From contig NC_043011.1 in NCBI RefSeq assembly GCF_006345805.1, positions 67,468,464-67,532,463 of the forward strand: a DNA stretch of 64,000 bases, in the 5' to 3' direction. A program made the position numbers and the translations under genes. Below, piece by piece: positions 24,000 through 36,165 of this stretch; positions within the stretch are counted from its first letter, which is position 1; every line of letters starts with the position of its first letter. Source of the stretch: Octopus sinensis (taxonomy: Eukaryota). The notes under the pieces were generated by a model, which saw nothing but the letters and a program-made list of their open reading frames with translations, had not been told where the DNA came from and did not search any database.

Positions 24000-26900
24000 T
24001 AGTAGGGAATATAATTCCAAACTTACAGGGAAAAATTCAAATTAGCAATTCTTAATCAAATTTCACAATATATAATATATGTATATAATTAAGAGAAATA
24101 ACTTCTATTAAGTAATTCAATAGTAAAAGACATTATCCACACCATATAGAAAAAAAATTGAATATACTAAAATAAATATTATTCAAAAAATCACTAAATT
24201 AAAAAAAAATTTAAATTGACTACGCGCGTTTCGTGACTATATCTTTAAATCGATAATAATAAAATGATATAAAATCGATACTATTTAAATTATTTCGATT
24301 TTAAATTAATTCGATTCAAAAATATAGCCACTCTTCAGGTCTAAAATAATAATAAAATAAATGTATCTAAACATATAAGAAATTAACAAATAAATATAGA
24401 AATATACGTATCTTAACACTAAAAAATCGAATAAAATATAATAATATTAATGAATAATAAAATCATAACTTATCTTATTGTAGAATTCCAGTTAACTGAA
24501 ATTTTAAAAGTTAAACTTATAACCTAGCGTTACTTAGAAATTCATCACGTGACACAATGACGTAAATAATAACTATAGAATAAATAGATTGAAATATGTT
24601 ATTTTAGCTATGAAAATAACAATATGTATTTTACCTGTGAAAATAAGAAATAAACCATATACCCTTTACTGGAAAAATTCGAAATTCTCAATAATTCAAA
24701 AATAAAGTACGTAAAATACATAAAATATACTAAATTTCGATAACTTAATCTATATTCATCAATTTATCTATTTATTTTATAAACACCTTGGTTTAATCTT
24801 ATTCTAATTATGTAATATACACTACATAATCTACTGCTAATTTATACTCATTATACTACTACAAATTATAACTACAAGAATTAGTAACATAAATTATGGT
24901 TAAATTTATACACAAATTAACTAAACTTATATAAGTAATTTAACTTTATGTCTACTTTTAATTTTTCGCTCATCTTGGTAATTAATCAATTTTTTATTAT
25001 TAGATAGTAATATTTGCATAAATTCATTTGTACATAATAAACAAAAATTATTACCTATTCGATAAGATTTAGCTTTACAAACTATCTTCCAATTTACATT
25101 ATACTTAATTCCTTTAGATTTCAATTCCCATATATATTTGCTAAGTCCGGTAGAATTAATCAATGTTTTATTCTTAAATGAATTCATGTGTTGAGCCACC
25201 CTTAATTTTATTTTATTAGAGGTCGACCCCACGTATATCGCATTTAATTTATAACTATTTGTATTAATATTATCATCAATCAAAGTCACTACACATTTAT
25301 ATACTACATCATCCAAATAACATTTCTTTTTAATGCTTATAGTAATCACCCACCCTCAATTAAGAAATTGTTGATAGATAATATAGGTAAAAGAATATCG
25401 ATGCTTTCTTCTAATTTTGAGATTTTCCCAAAACACGCACCTTATTATAATGAAGCCTTGCGGGATAAGGATATAATAATAGTATTAAATTCTTTAATAA
25501 TTATGTCTTATCTCTAATTAATGTACAATTAATTATATTCTGGTATTTATTATTATTGGAATAATTATTTAATTTGTTACTGTAAAACTTATTAAGCTCA
25601 AATCTATTAAAAGAAGAAATAATGTTACCAACATTATTAGTAGTAGAATAACCAACTCCAAAATTATTACTAGAAAAAAATTTTATTATATTTTTTATTA
25701 TCTATAATGAATACTTCAATTATTTTAATATCTCTTTAATAATGTTTGTTTTAACTTGAGCCCCATAAGGAATAATTAACCAAATTTTGTTCTTATTATT
25801 AACATTATTTTTCTTTATTATATTAGCATATTTATTATTATCATACTACAAATTAAATTTATTCTTATCTTTTAGTCTATTATTATATTTTTGCATTATT
25901 ATAATACCTATTATTAAAACCATAATTACCAAAATAAAACTCATCATAATTCTTAATATTAGGTTTATTATTATAAATATCATAGGAATCATTTATATTA
26001 TAAGTATATTTATATTTATTAAAGAATTTAATACTATTATTATATCCTGTATTCCACAAGGCTTCATTATAATAAGGTGCGTGTTTTGGAAAAATCTCAA
26101 AATTAGAAGAAAGCATCGAAACTCTTTTACCTATATTATCTATCAACAATTTCTTAATTGAGGGTGGGTGATTACTATAAGCATTAATATATCTATAGTT
26201 TTCATTAATTTTATGGAATGGTTGGGTTTTACCTGTTATTAGATTAAAATCAGCATGTAAATAATTAACATTATAGTTCTCTTTATATATAGTAAAACCT
26301 AATCTATATATCTTAAAAACATTTGTAGTTTCTTCTTGTATAACTCTAGTGTTCTATTGGTGCAATTTTTTGTTAGTAATAAAATGTCATCCCTATATAA
26401 TCCACCCTCCAACTTGAATTTTTCTAATTGAAGTTCCGATAATAAATAAATACCTACTAAATCAGTCACCTGGGCAGAATCGTGTGCCCCATAGGTATAC
26501 CAAAATAGTCTTCAGTATCTTTCCTAGCCCACGATTTATTGTTATATCTAATCAACGATTTTCTAGCGTCTTTAACTGCATTAACTTCATCATAAGTCAT
26601 TCCAACCTTATATATTGCATAAATTAGGGCCTTATTGAGTACAATCTCATTTATAGAAGAATAATAATTATCTATATCTATTTGAATGAATTGATATCTA
26701 TTTTTATCTTTGGTATTATTAAACCATTTTAAAGTATCATTAGTACTACTCCAAAGCTTTAGATAATTAAGTTCATTTAATCCATTAATATATTTATCTA
26801 AAATGATCTCACTTAATTTACCTAGATCTGATTTACATAGATAAATAAGTTGGTCAGAATAAAAATTATCCTTATGGTCTTTTAAATTAATTCTAGGGTG

Positions 26901-27050
26901 CATAGGTACATAAGGTTCAGTTTTATTATCTGACTCATATTTCATCAAGATTAATTTAGAGTCCTCATCTATATTATAAAGAGTATTTTCAGGAACAATT
27001 TTATATTTTTTATTTATTTATTTCTCTAATAGATTATCATATAACTTAAC
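24000..27050 (-). mobile_element. Penelope-like element, Naiad-type (RT + C-terminal GIY-YIG), AT-rich, with frameshifts and a terminal hammerhead
   Basis: Minus strand: LKDHKDNF..KSDLGKLS..FIQIDIDNYYSSI..PMGAHDSAQVTDLVG..GLYRDDI..YINAYSNHPPSIKK..YNEALWNTGY..IWLIIPYGAQVKTN; endonuclease YVGSTS..LSKYIWELK..CLLCTNE..SRH (ORFs 26466-26948, 25883-26149, 24927-25349). Clade name assigned from recalled motifs. Confidence 0.85.
24218..24341 (-). ncRNA. Type I hammerhead ribozyme with elongated helix II in the PLE terminal region
   Basis: Minus strand: GAC-CTGAAGA-GTGGCTATAT(~80 nt)ATATAGTCAC-GAAAC-GCGC-GTA-GTC; perfect core, 10-bp helix II, palindromic helix III ACGCGCGT. Confidence 0.85.
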
Positions 27051-27129
27051 ATCTAGTTTATACAGGTTCCTAGTTTCATCTGATTGTACTATAATTCCTT
27101 CCATATTTCGCATTTCTTTTATTCTTATA

Positions 27130-28000
27130 CCCAGATTTCTTAAATATTAATTGTGTCTAAACAAACAGATTCTCAACAATACTTACTATTCTCCTCATTT
27201 TGTCCCAAACACACGAAGAGTAATATCCCCTTTAATCTAGCAAGAAAAATCGCAATCAACTCAAACCCTGAAACCTGCAAAAAAGATTCCAGGAACTAAA
27301 ACAAGAACCAATATCCATTAATAGTGATAGACAACGGAACAGAATGTGCCAAGGCAATAAATATCGAACGACTACAGAAAACGAAAAACGCTCCAGATAC
27401 ATCCAATAATCTACCTTTTATTACAACACACAACCCAAGAAACACAGAATTGTCTATTAGCATCAATATTATCTAACAGAACATCCCACTACTAAAATGA
27501 AACCTAACAATGAAACAAGCATTCGAAATACACAAAATAGTCAAAAGTAATTGACAATCAAAGTCCCTCAAAAAATTCCTTACGAGTGCAACATTACCTT
27601 CGACAGTTCCTACACCAACAGCCAAAAAATGTGGCCTCCCTAATTCCTGGACTTGTATCACCTTTATTGAAGACACAGCATACAAATTCAAATCAGGACA
27701 GATTTTACCGTAAAATTCACTTTACATGTTCTTCAAGGAATTTAATATACGCTATCAAATATCAAGGATGTAATGAAGATTACACATGTCAAACAAAGCT
27801 TACTCTAAGAAATAGACTAACCATTCACCGACAACAAGTACGGGACCCCAGTACTAGACAGATTCCACTGAGTGGTCACATAGACATATGTGCAAAAAAT
27901 AAGTCTCCCAAAATCCAAGTCTTCTCAATCTATGTTTAGCGAATACCACAAATGAAGCACGGATAAACAAAGAAAATACTTAGCAAGAATTAGCAAGCTT
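27130..28000 (+). mobile_element. Penelope-like element (Neptune-like), 5'-truncated and degenerate
   Basis: KQTDSQQYLLFSSFCPKHTKSNIPFNLARKI..LPFITTHNPRN; endonuclease FTCSSRNLIYAIKYQGCNEDYTCQTKLTLRNRLTIHRQQVRDPSTRQIPLSGHI. Confidence 0.85.
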
Positions 28001-29958
28001 TAACTGCGTACATATACAAATAACTATTCACACTTAAAATTCATTCTACCAAGTATCATGAGGAAGTTACACAACTAGCAACCAAAATTTTAATAATTAG
28101 ACTACATACAAACGATTCCTTTCCACTCTCCCACCCGACAGATTAAATTCGGAGTGCCTTGGTTATTACTAAACATGTTCACTCAACCGTGTCGGTCTTC
28201 TTTTTAGGCGTAAAATATATTATCATGTGACACTAACGCACGGACGTAGTGGGAAACGTACAAAAGGTTAAAAACTTAATCGTGTGTTCAGGCTCTACAA
28301 ACACTTGATAGAAAACATTCTGAGCATTGAATGTTTGAACTTTTTCAGTTAAATGTGTCAACCTTAACTTACGACACCAAACATTGTCACTTGATACTAA
28401 GACACAGACGTAGCGAGGAACCTACAAAAATGTCTAAGACCAATCATGTGACTACCCTCTACTAATCAAATCCTATTCAAAACATATACTTATTTGAGCC
28501 ATGAACTCCCTATAAAAACATGGCAAAGTTCAAACACTACTCAGAAGCAAAACGGCTTCGACATAAGAAACGTCTTTCTTTTTGAACTTTTGAAAATCAG
28601 TGGAAACTGTGAAACCGGTTTAAGCTTCAAATATATTAATAAAGAATATTTTAGCTATTCTCAGTGCATTTTAACATTCTGTTTTTTCCTATGTTTCTAT
28701 CCGTCTGGAATAAACTAACCTTGATAAATATATTGGGAAGGGCATATTCCATAGCGCAGAATGTGCCCACGTGGTATTTCTTTGTGTACAGTGTCACAGC
28801 ATCAAGAGATTTCTTAATATCCAGTGTCAAGAGATTGTGTGATGTACGGTGTCGAGAGATTGGCAAGTGTACAGTGTCAAGAAAGAAGACGTTTTTTTTT
28901 TACCGTACCACCACTTTCTCAAAAGAGAAGTGAATGTATCGCTTTTCTTATCAGAGATTGAATAATCCATTACAGAAGAATGGAGGAAAATCTGTAGCAT
29001 GAACGTAGTAATCAGCATATTTTGAATTATTTTTCATGGAGGAATCCCGAACAAAGAATTTATTCAAACCGATGCAGGGAACATTTTCTGCATCAACGAA
29101 TTACAGCAGATAAGATTAACTTGGCTAATATTTTGCACTTTCTAATTGACATGTTATATTCTGACGTGAAAGGAAGTTTTTACCCAGTGGTACCCTTCAT
29201 CTTATTGGCAACGAGGAAAATGTTTAAGTACCATGAAGTTGGGGAAATTCTGCCTCATTGGGATTCATTACTTGAAACCCATATTGAAATCAAAGAAAAC
29301 CAGGAAAATAGAGTAAATCTCGAAGACTCTGAATAACAAAACGGATTTAACATTAATCCGTTAGCTGAATCACAAAATGCATTTATTTCTGTTTCTTTCC
29401 ATCTACTTTCCAAACACAGTTACTAAATTATCAAAGACAAAATTTTATCCAATAACAGTTCGTGCAACGTCTGTTTCTACGCATATCGAACAAGCATCAT
29501 GTAGTTATCAATCATTGCCTTCAAAGAATACATTTTGTGTTTCGGATTCAAGATAGATATGAATATCTTGATGACTGTTATAAAAAAAAATCTGTTTCTG
29601 GTATTGTAAAGCTGATACAAGAAACATTGAAGATTACAGGAATTATTCGTGCGTCAATTGTGCCAATATGGCAGCCGGGTGAAAGGGAGTACAAATGATA
29701 TTCTTTAATGGAAATTCTCGTGCTATTTCGCCACAATGTAGATGAAATATATTGAATTTATGTCCCAAGAATTCTATACTGAAGCAGTTAGCTTTCATGG
29801 CTGTATCTGAGTTATTTCTACGAAGTGTTCTCCTACAGAGAAAAACATATCTATACTTCTTTTGGTTCACATGAATTGTCAATCAGTGCATCGATATGTG
29901 ATCAATCCAGTGGTCAGTCAGAATCGATAGTGTGAAATTATTTTCATCAATTCTCAAT

Positions 29959-30100
29959 AGGCGTTGCTGTATGCTTAAGAAGCCTGCTTCCCAAGGTTTT
30001 GGGTTCAGTCTCATTGCGTGGCATCTTGGGCAAGTGTCGTCTGCTATGGCCCTGGGCTGAACAAAACTTGTGAATGGATTTGATAGAAGGAAGCTGAAAG
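29959..30100 (+). mobile_element. SINE family A, 5' half, degenerate
   Basis: GGCGTTGCTGTATGCTTAAGAAGC..GGGTTCAGTCTCATTGCGTGGCATCTTGGGCAAGTGTC. Confidence 0.8.
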
Positions 30101-30722
30101 AGGTCCCACCATCTAAGCAAGTTTATTGACATTGTTTTGAAACCACTATGTACCTACACACCAAGTTTCATCCGGGATGACATCGACTTCCTGTCCATCT
30201 TCCCAAAACAACTGAAACAAATTCACTTCTACTTAGTTTTGTTGTGGTACACCAATATACCACATGATTTAGGAATAAAGGCAATTAGATACTGGGTAGA
30301 AAAACATAGAGACGTGATCTCCAACAGATTCACAGTGTCATTTATAGTAGGCGCAGTCAGACGTATTCTGGAAAACAACATATTTTCCTTCAATGGAAAG
30401 AATTACATCCAAATTAATGGCACGACAATGGGAACGAGGTTTGCTCCCGTTTACGCGAACTCTGTAAGGGCTTATCTAGAACGAATCTACCAAGAAGTTG
30501 AGGAAAACTATGGCACTGGATTTAGAAATTATATTGAAAAGGCATGGAAGACATACCTTAACGATTTTTCATATTCTGGACAGAATCTGTAAATACTCTG
30601 GAAGAGTTCAATATCCTCCTGAACAACCTACACTCATCTCTCCAATATACAAAAGAGATGAGTAGTACCAAATTACCATTCCTAGATATAATGGTGATTA
30701 AAATGGACACCACCATTACCAC

Positions 30723-30762
<40 letters not shown>

Positions 30763-31643
30763 TATATATATATTATATATATAATACTGCAAACATATAG
30801 ACACACACAAATACGTGAATTCTAAGTCGTGCCATCCACCACATACAAAACGCAACAACCCGTACTGCCTAGCCAGTAGAATTTGCACCATTGTAGAAGA
30901 CGCAAATATCAGGAACAAACACCTAACAGAACTAAGAAAATTTTTGCTCAAACAAAATTACCCGTCTGCTTATAGAAAATGGAATGCAGCGGGCTATAAA
31001 AAGACCCATACATCAACTGAGGACAACTCAAAGAAGAGGAAAACAGAAATATGTCATACCATTTATAGTGACATACAACCCGTATCCCCAGAATATCTTC
31101 AATATTGCCACAGAAAACCAACCAATCATAGTTCAAAGTAATGAATTTAAAGATATAATCACAGATCGAGCTATGGTTCTAAGTAAAAGACAAACTAAAA
31201 TTTGAAAACATAATTAACAAAGGCAAAGTTTTACCTTAGCAACAAAGACCAATCTTTCACTGTATTTAAATACAACGATAGCCGATGTGACACATGTCAA
31301 TTCATACATACTGGTCAATATATGAATACAAACACGAGAAAAATATTCACAAACGCAAATATGAACAGCAGAAGGAGAAATTTCATTGACTGCATCAAAT
31401 TGTGAAGAACTATATGTAGGTCAGACTGGAACAGCACTATCAGAACGTTCACGTGTGCACCGACAGCAAATAAGAGACCCAGATGTCCGTCACATACCTT
31501 TGAGCAACCATCTAGCAACATGCAGTCAGAAAATATTTAAAATATTTCCATTCCAAAAACTACACGGTCCAAGTGAAATTGAGAGAAAAATCAGAGAAAA
31601 GAACTTTATTAATAAATTCCAACCAAAGCTAAATAAGCAATAA
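30101..31643 (+). mobile_element. Penelope-like element (Neptune-like), RT + GIY-YIG, degenerate
   Basis: YTNIPHDLGIKAI..NIFSFNGKNYIQINGTTMGTRFAPVYAN..TYLND..KLPFLDIMV..TDIY..SCHPPHTKRNNPYCLASRICTIV..RCDTC..YVGQTGTALSERSRVHRQQIRDP..ERKIREKNFINKFQPKLN. Confidence 0.9.
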
Positions 31644-31765
31644 TACTAATACTTAGAGGTACTATTTCTACTGCTACGACCACTACCACTAACAACAACA
31701 AAATACTAAAGGTGCTCATGATGACGATAGCAGGAAAATACTAGCTGAGTCAAGAGAAAAATACA

Positions 31766-31810
31766 TGAACCTGAAGAATAGATAGCTTAATGCATGAAAG
31801 TACTAGTTCA
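31766..31810 (+). ncRNA. Hammerhead motif downstream of the PLE endonuclease
   Basis: TGAAC-CTGAAGA-(18 nt, weak helix II)-GAAA-GTAC-TA-GTTCA: 5-bp helix I, palindromic helix III AGTACT; helix II appears mutated. Confidence 0.65.
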
Positions 31811-31957
31811 ATCAGAATGGACATTTAATATTCTATCATTTCATTATATTATATTATGTTATATTATTATAAGATCGTAAATAAAACGTGAAAATCAGTT
31901 GGTATTTCTTAGTGTAATATATTCTTCTATACACAAACATACACACCCGTATATTTG

Positions 31958-31992
<35 letters not shown>

Positions 31993-32380
31993 GCATGTAC
32001 GTATATATATATATATATATATACATACATGTATATATATATACATATATATATATATATACATCTATGTATGTATATATATATATAACAAGATCTCAGA
32101 ACACTCCCCAAATTGCATGCATAAGAATTATGCAAACTACAAGAACTATAGACCTACCCGGCAACCAGATTGATGACACCCCACCCACTAACCCCCCCCC
32201 CCCAATCCCACCGTTCCCCTAGCACCCCCGATTACCTTTTCTCCTAAGACCTTTCACATATTGTATGTGTACGCTTGTATATGTGTATCGTATATATGTA
32301 TAGAAATGTATGGGTATAGTAGGAATATACGCATGTATTATGTGTGTGTGTGTATGTATGTATGTAAAAATATATATATA

Positions 32381-32625
32381 GCAATGGCCTAGTGGTTAGG
32401 GCAGCGGACTCGCGGTCGCAGGATCGCGGTTTCGATTCTCAGACCGGGCGTTGTGTGTGTTTATTGAGCGAAAACACCTAAAAGCTCTACGAGGCTCCGG
32501 CAGGGGGTGGTGATCCCTGCTGTACTCTTTCACCACAATGGCGGTGCCCCAGCATGGCCACAGCTCAAGAGCTGAAACTGGAAAAAAAAAAACAAAAAAA
32601 ACAAAAAAAAAAAAAACAAAAAAAA
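32381..32625 (+). mobile_element. SINE family C head joined to a CR1-type LINE tail
   Basis: A box TGGCCTAGTGG (32385-95), B box GGTTTCGATTC (32428-38); tail GGCGGTGCCCCAGCATGGCCACAGCTCAAGAGCTGAAACTGG plus A-rich end, nearly identical to the LINE end at 53812-53853. Confidence 0.85.
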
Positions 32626-32919
32626 TATGTATGTGTGTGTGTGTATATATGTATATATGTATATATGTGTGTATGCATATGTATGTGTGTATATATATGT
32701 ATGTATATATAAAATATTATATAATTAGGGCTTAGTAAAATAAATTACTTTGCCACATACTGAACTTTCTAGAAATAGCAGCTAAAAAAGTTTTTGAGCC
32801 ACTTCCACTACTTAAAGAAAATTTCTCTCAGACAATGTTTACTCAAAAATAATGGTCCTTTTACATACTGAATACTTGGTGAAATTGATTAATAACTAAT
32901 TAACTTTACCCTCAATTGT

Positions 32920-32921
32920 TG

Positions 32922-32984
<63 letters not shown>

Positions 32985-33429
32985 TATGTATGTGTATGTG
33001 TGTGTGTGTGTATATATATGTGTGTATATATATATATATTATATATATATATATAATATATATATATAAGTATATGTATATGTATGTGTATATGTATATA
33101 TATATATATATAAGTGTACGCGAGTATGTCGATGTATATGTAGGTATGTAGAGTTATGTGTATGTGCATGTATGTGTGTGTATATACAGATTGTAGATGG
33201 GTATATATATGTGTGTATATATATATATATATATGTGTGTATATATGTGTGTGTATTTGTATATATATGTATATATGTAGGTATGTAGAGTTATACGTAT
33301 GTGCATGTATATATATATATGTATATATATATATGTATGTGTATGTGTATGTATGTATATATATGTGTGTGTGTGAGTATGTGTGTATATGTATGTATAT
33401 ATGTATATATGTGTGTATGTGTATGTGTG

Positions 33430-33468
<39 letters not shown>

Positions 33469-33621
33469 GTGTATATGTATATATATATATATATATGTGA
33501 ATATGTGTGTGTATATGTACATATGTATATATATGTATATATATATATATGTGTGTAAGTGTGTGTATATATGTATGTGTAAGTGTGTGTGTGTGTATGA
33601 GTATGTATGTATGTAGGCACA

Positions 33622-33670
<49 letters not shown>

Positions 33671-33798
33671 ATATATGTATATGTGTGTATATATATGTAT
33701 ATGTGTGTGTATATATATATGTATGTGTGTGTGTGTATGTATGTATATGTATATATATATATATATATATGTGTATGTGTATGTGTGTATGTATATGT

Positions 33799-33834
<36 letters not shown>

Positions 33835-33985
33835 GTGTGTATGTATATGTATGTATGTATGTGTGTGTATGTGTATGTGTATATGTACATATACGTGTAC
33901 GTTCGTGTGTTTATGTATATGTAGGTACGTAGAGTTATGTATGTGTGTATGTATATGTACATATGTGTAAGTATGTATATATATG

Positions 33986-34018
<33 letters not shown>

Positions 34019-34388
34019 AAGTTTATATGTATGTATCCGTCTGTATAATAGGTAACTGCACGTATATATACTTAATATTTATTATTTATTTTTTGAGTAT
34101 GCATGTATGTATATGAATAACTGCACGTATATATATTTTATTATTATTTATTTTTTGAGTATGCATGTAACATATGACCATAAGGAGGCGCGTGTGTGTG
34201 TGTGTATGTGTAAGCATATGTATAGATATATGTATACTTTTACGCATGTGTGTACTTATGTGTATATATGGATGCGCGTGTGTATGTGTGTGTATGGGTA
34301 CGCATGTATATGTGTATGTGTGTGTATGTGTATATGTGTATGTATGTGTGTGTGTATATATGTATATGTATGTATGTACATGTATGTG

Positions 34389-34419
<31 letters not shown>

Positions 34420-34509
34420 GTGTGTATATGTATGTATATGTATATGTGTGGGTGTGTGTATGTGTATATATGTATGTATGTATGGGTGTATGTATGTATG
34501 TATATATAC

Positions 34510-34553
<44 letters not shown>

Positions 34554-35225
34554 TTGTATGTAGGTGTATATGTATGTGTGTATATATATTTATTGGAGTA
34601 TATGTATGGACTAGTCTTCTAAGCGTGTAGACATGAATCTGTAGGTACGCGTTCGTATGTGTATATATGTGAATGTATGTAGATGTATGTATGTATGAAT
34701 ATAACGCGTGCGTGCGTGTATGTGTATGGGTGTACGAATGAGTGAGTGTGCGTGCTAATGAGTGTGCGTGCGTGAGTGAGTGCTTGTGTTCAAGTAGAAA
34801 GATATATGGACTTGCTGTCGTAGCTAAGATGCTTGTGACCCGCGGTCAAAGATAACAAAAGTAATAAATGAAGATAATAATAAAATTAAAATTAGGGAAT
34901 GGGTTTGTATTTGTATGTATATGTGTGTATGTGTAGGTATGTATAGGTACACATATGTATATATATATGTATATATGTATATATATATATATGTATATAT
35001 GTGTATATAGGGACTTGTGTGTGCATGTGTGTATGTGGATATGTGTGTGTATGTGTGTATGTGTATGTGTGTGTATGTATATATTTTTGTGTGTATATGT
35101 ATGTGTGGTCGTGTGTGTATATATATGTGTGTATATATATATGTATATATATATGTGTGTGTGTGTATGTATGTGTGTATGTATATATGTGCGTGTGTGT
35201 GTGTGTCTATATATATACATATGTG
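32920..35225. repeat. 2.3-kb complex (TA)/(TG)/(TATG) microsatellite field
   Basis: Direct reading; source of all YIYI, HTHT and VCVC ORFs here. Confidence 0.95.
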
Positions 35226-35442
35226 TATAGGTATTAGTGAGAATCTCCTTATTTACCTAAAACTCTATTCTTCTATATATTTTTTTATTCTTTTATTTAT
35301 TCTTTTATCTAATTTACCACTGACTCCTTGACCACTCCCCCAAGTATGATATTTTGCGCTATGCCTACCCCCAAAAAGTCCCCCACCACCACCCCTTTAA
35401 ACCTGCCTAAATGTATAAATGCCAATACAATTCTTGTTAACT

Positions 35443-35493
35443 AGCTTCCTGATGATTTCTCTTGAATGAAACAGTTCTAGTCCTGTAGAAGCT
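35443..35493 (+). ncRNA. Compact canonical type I hammerhead ribozyme with no adjacent PLE ORF
   Basis: AGCTTC-CTGATGA-TTTC(tctt)GAAT-GAAA-CAG(ttctagtc)CTG-TA-GAAGCT: 6-bp helix I, perfect core, GUA cleavage triplet; first helix II pair is a U-U mismatch. Confidence 0.8.
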
Positions 35494-35576
35494 CCTTCTA
35501 TATAATAAATTAATTTTACTCTGCTATGTATTGAGTACCTTATTTACTGTGGTTAACCCCGAATCAACCCGGGACC

Positions 35577-35612
<36 letters not shown>

Positions 35613-35618
<6 letters not shown>

Positions 35619-35870
35619 GAGCAAGATACGTTGCTCCAGTCTACTCAGCTGACAAAACTTAATGAGCTGCCCCTGTATTTCAAGGGGCTTGTATATAAAT
35701 GAGTTGTACCTGTATTTCACACTGTGTCATGCTGAATCTCCCCGAAAACTACGTTATGGGTACACTCGTCTGTGGAGTGCTCGGCCACTTGCCCGTTAAT
35801 TTAATGAGCAGACTGTTCCGTTGATCAGATCAACTGGAACCCTCGTCATCATAACAGACGGAGTGCCACG
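35613..35870 (+). mobile_element. SINE family C variant, body and tail
   Basis: CTTGAGCAAG..TTGCTCCAGTCTACTCAGCTGACAAAA (reverse complement of 50670-50725) continuing to CTGGAACCCTCGTCATCATAACAGACGGAGTGCCA. Confidence 0.7.
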
Positions 35871-35929
35871 ATATATATGTACATACATATATATATGTAT
35901 TTGTGTGTGTTTGTTTGGGTGCTGAGTGT

Positions 35930-36165
35930 GTGTGTATATGTATGTGTGCGTGTATCTTTGTGTTATGTCTATCCCCCTCCATTGCCTAAAAGCCGGTGTT
36001 GATTTGTTTCCGTTCCTATGACCCCAGCAGTTCAGCCAAAGAATGTGACAGAACTATCATGGTTTAAGAAATAAGTACTGATGGGCGGTTTGCTCCATTA
36101 CACAATTCATGGCTGTGCCCCAGCATGGTCACAGTCCAATGACTGAAACGAGTACAAGATAAAAG
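35930..36165 (+). mobile_element. SINE family A, 3' half, degenerate
   Basis: Ends GTGCCCCAGCATGGTCACAGTCCAATGACTGAAACGAGTA. Confidence 0.7.

Noticed and set aside
24927-26948. Selenocysteine recoding reported for some Naiad PLEs
   Set aside because: I saw no in-frame TGA at a conserved Cys position; the interruptions are frameshifts and TAA stops
28056-28083. ATGAGGA-AGTT(acac)AACT near the PLE 3' end as a hammerhead
   Set aside because: Only helix II survives; both core strands are mutated
32381-32450. tRNA gene
   Set aside because: A and B boxes are present, but there is no complete cloverleaf and it continues into a SINE body and LINE-type tail
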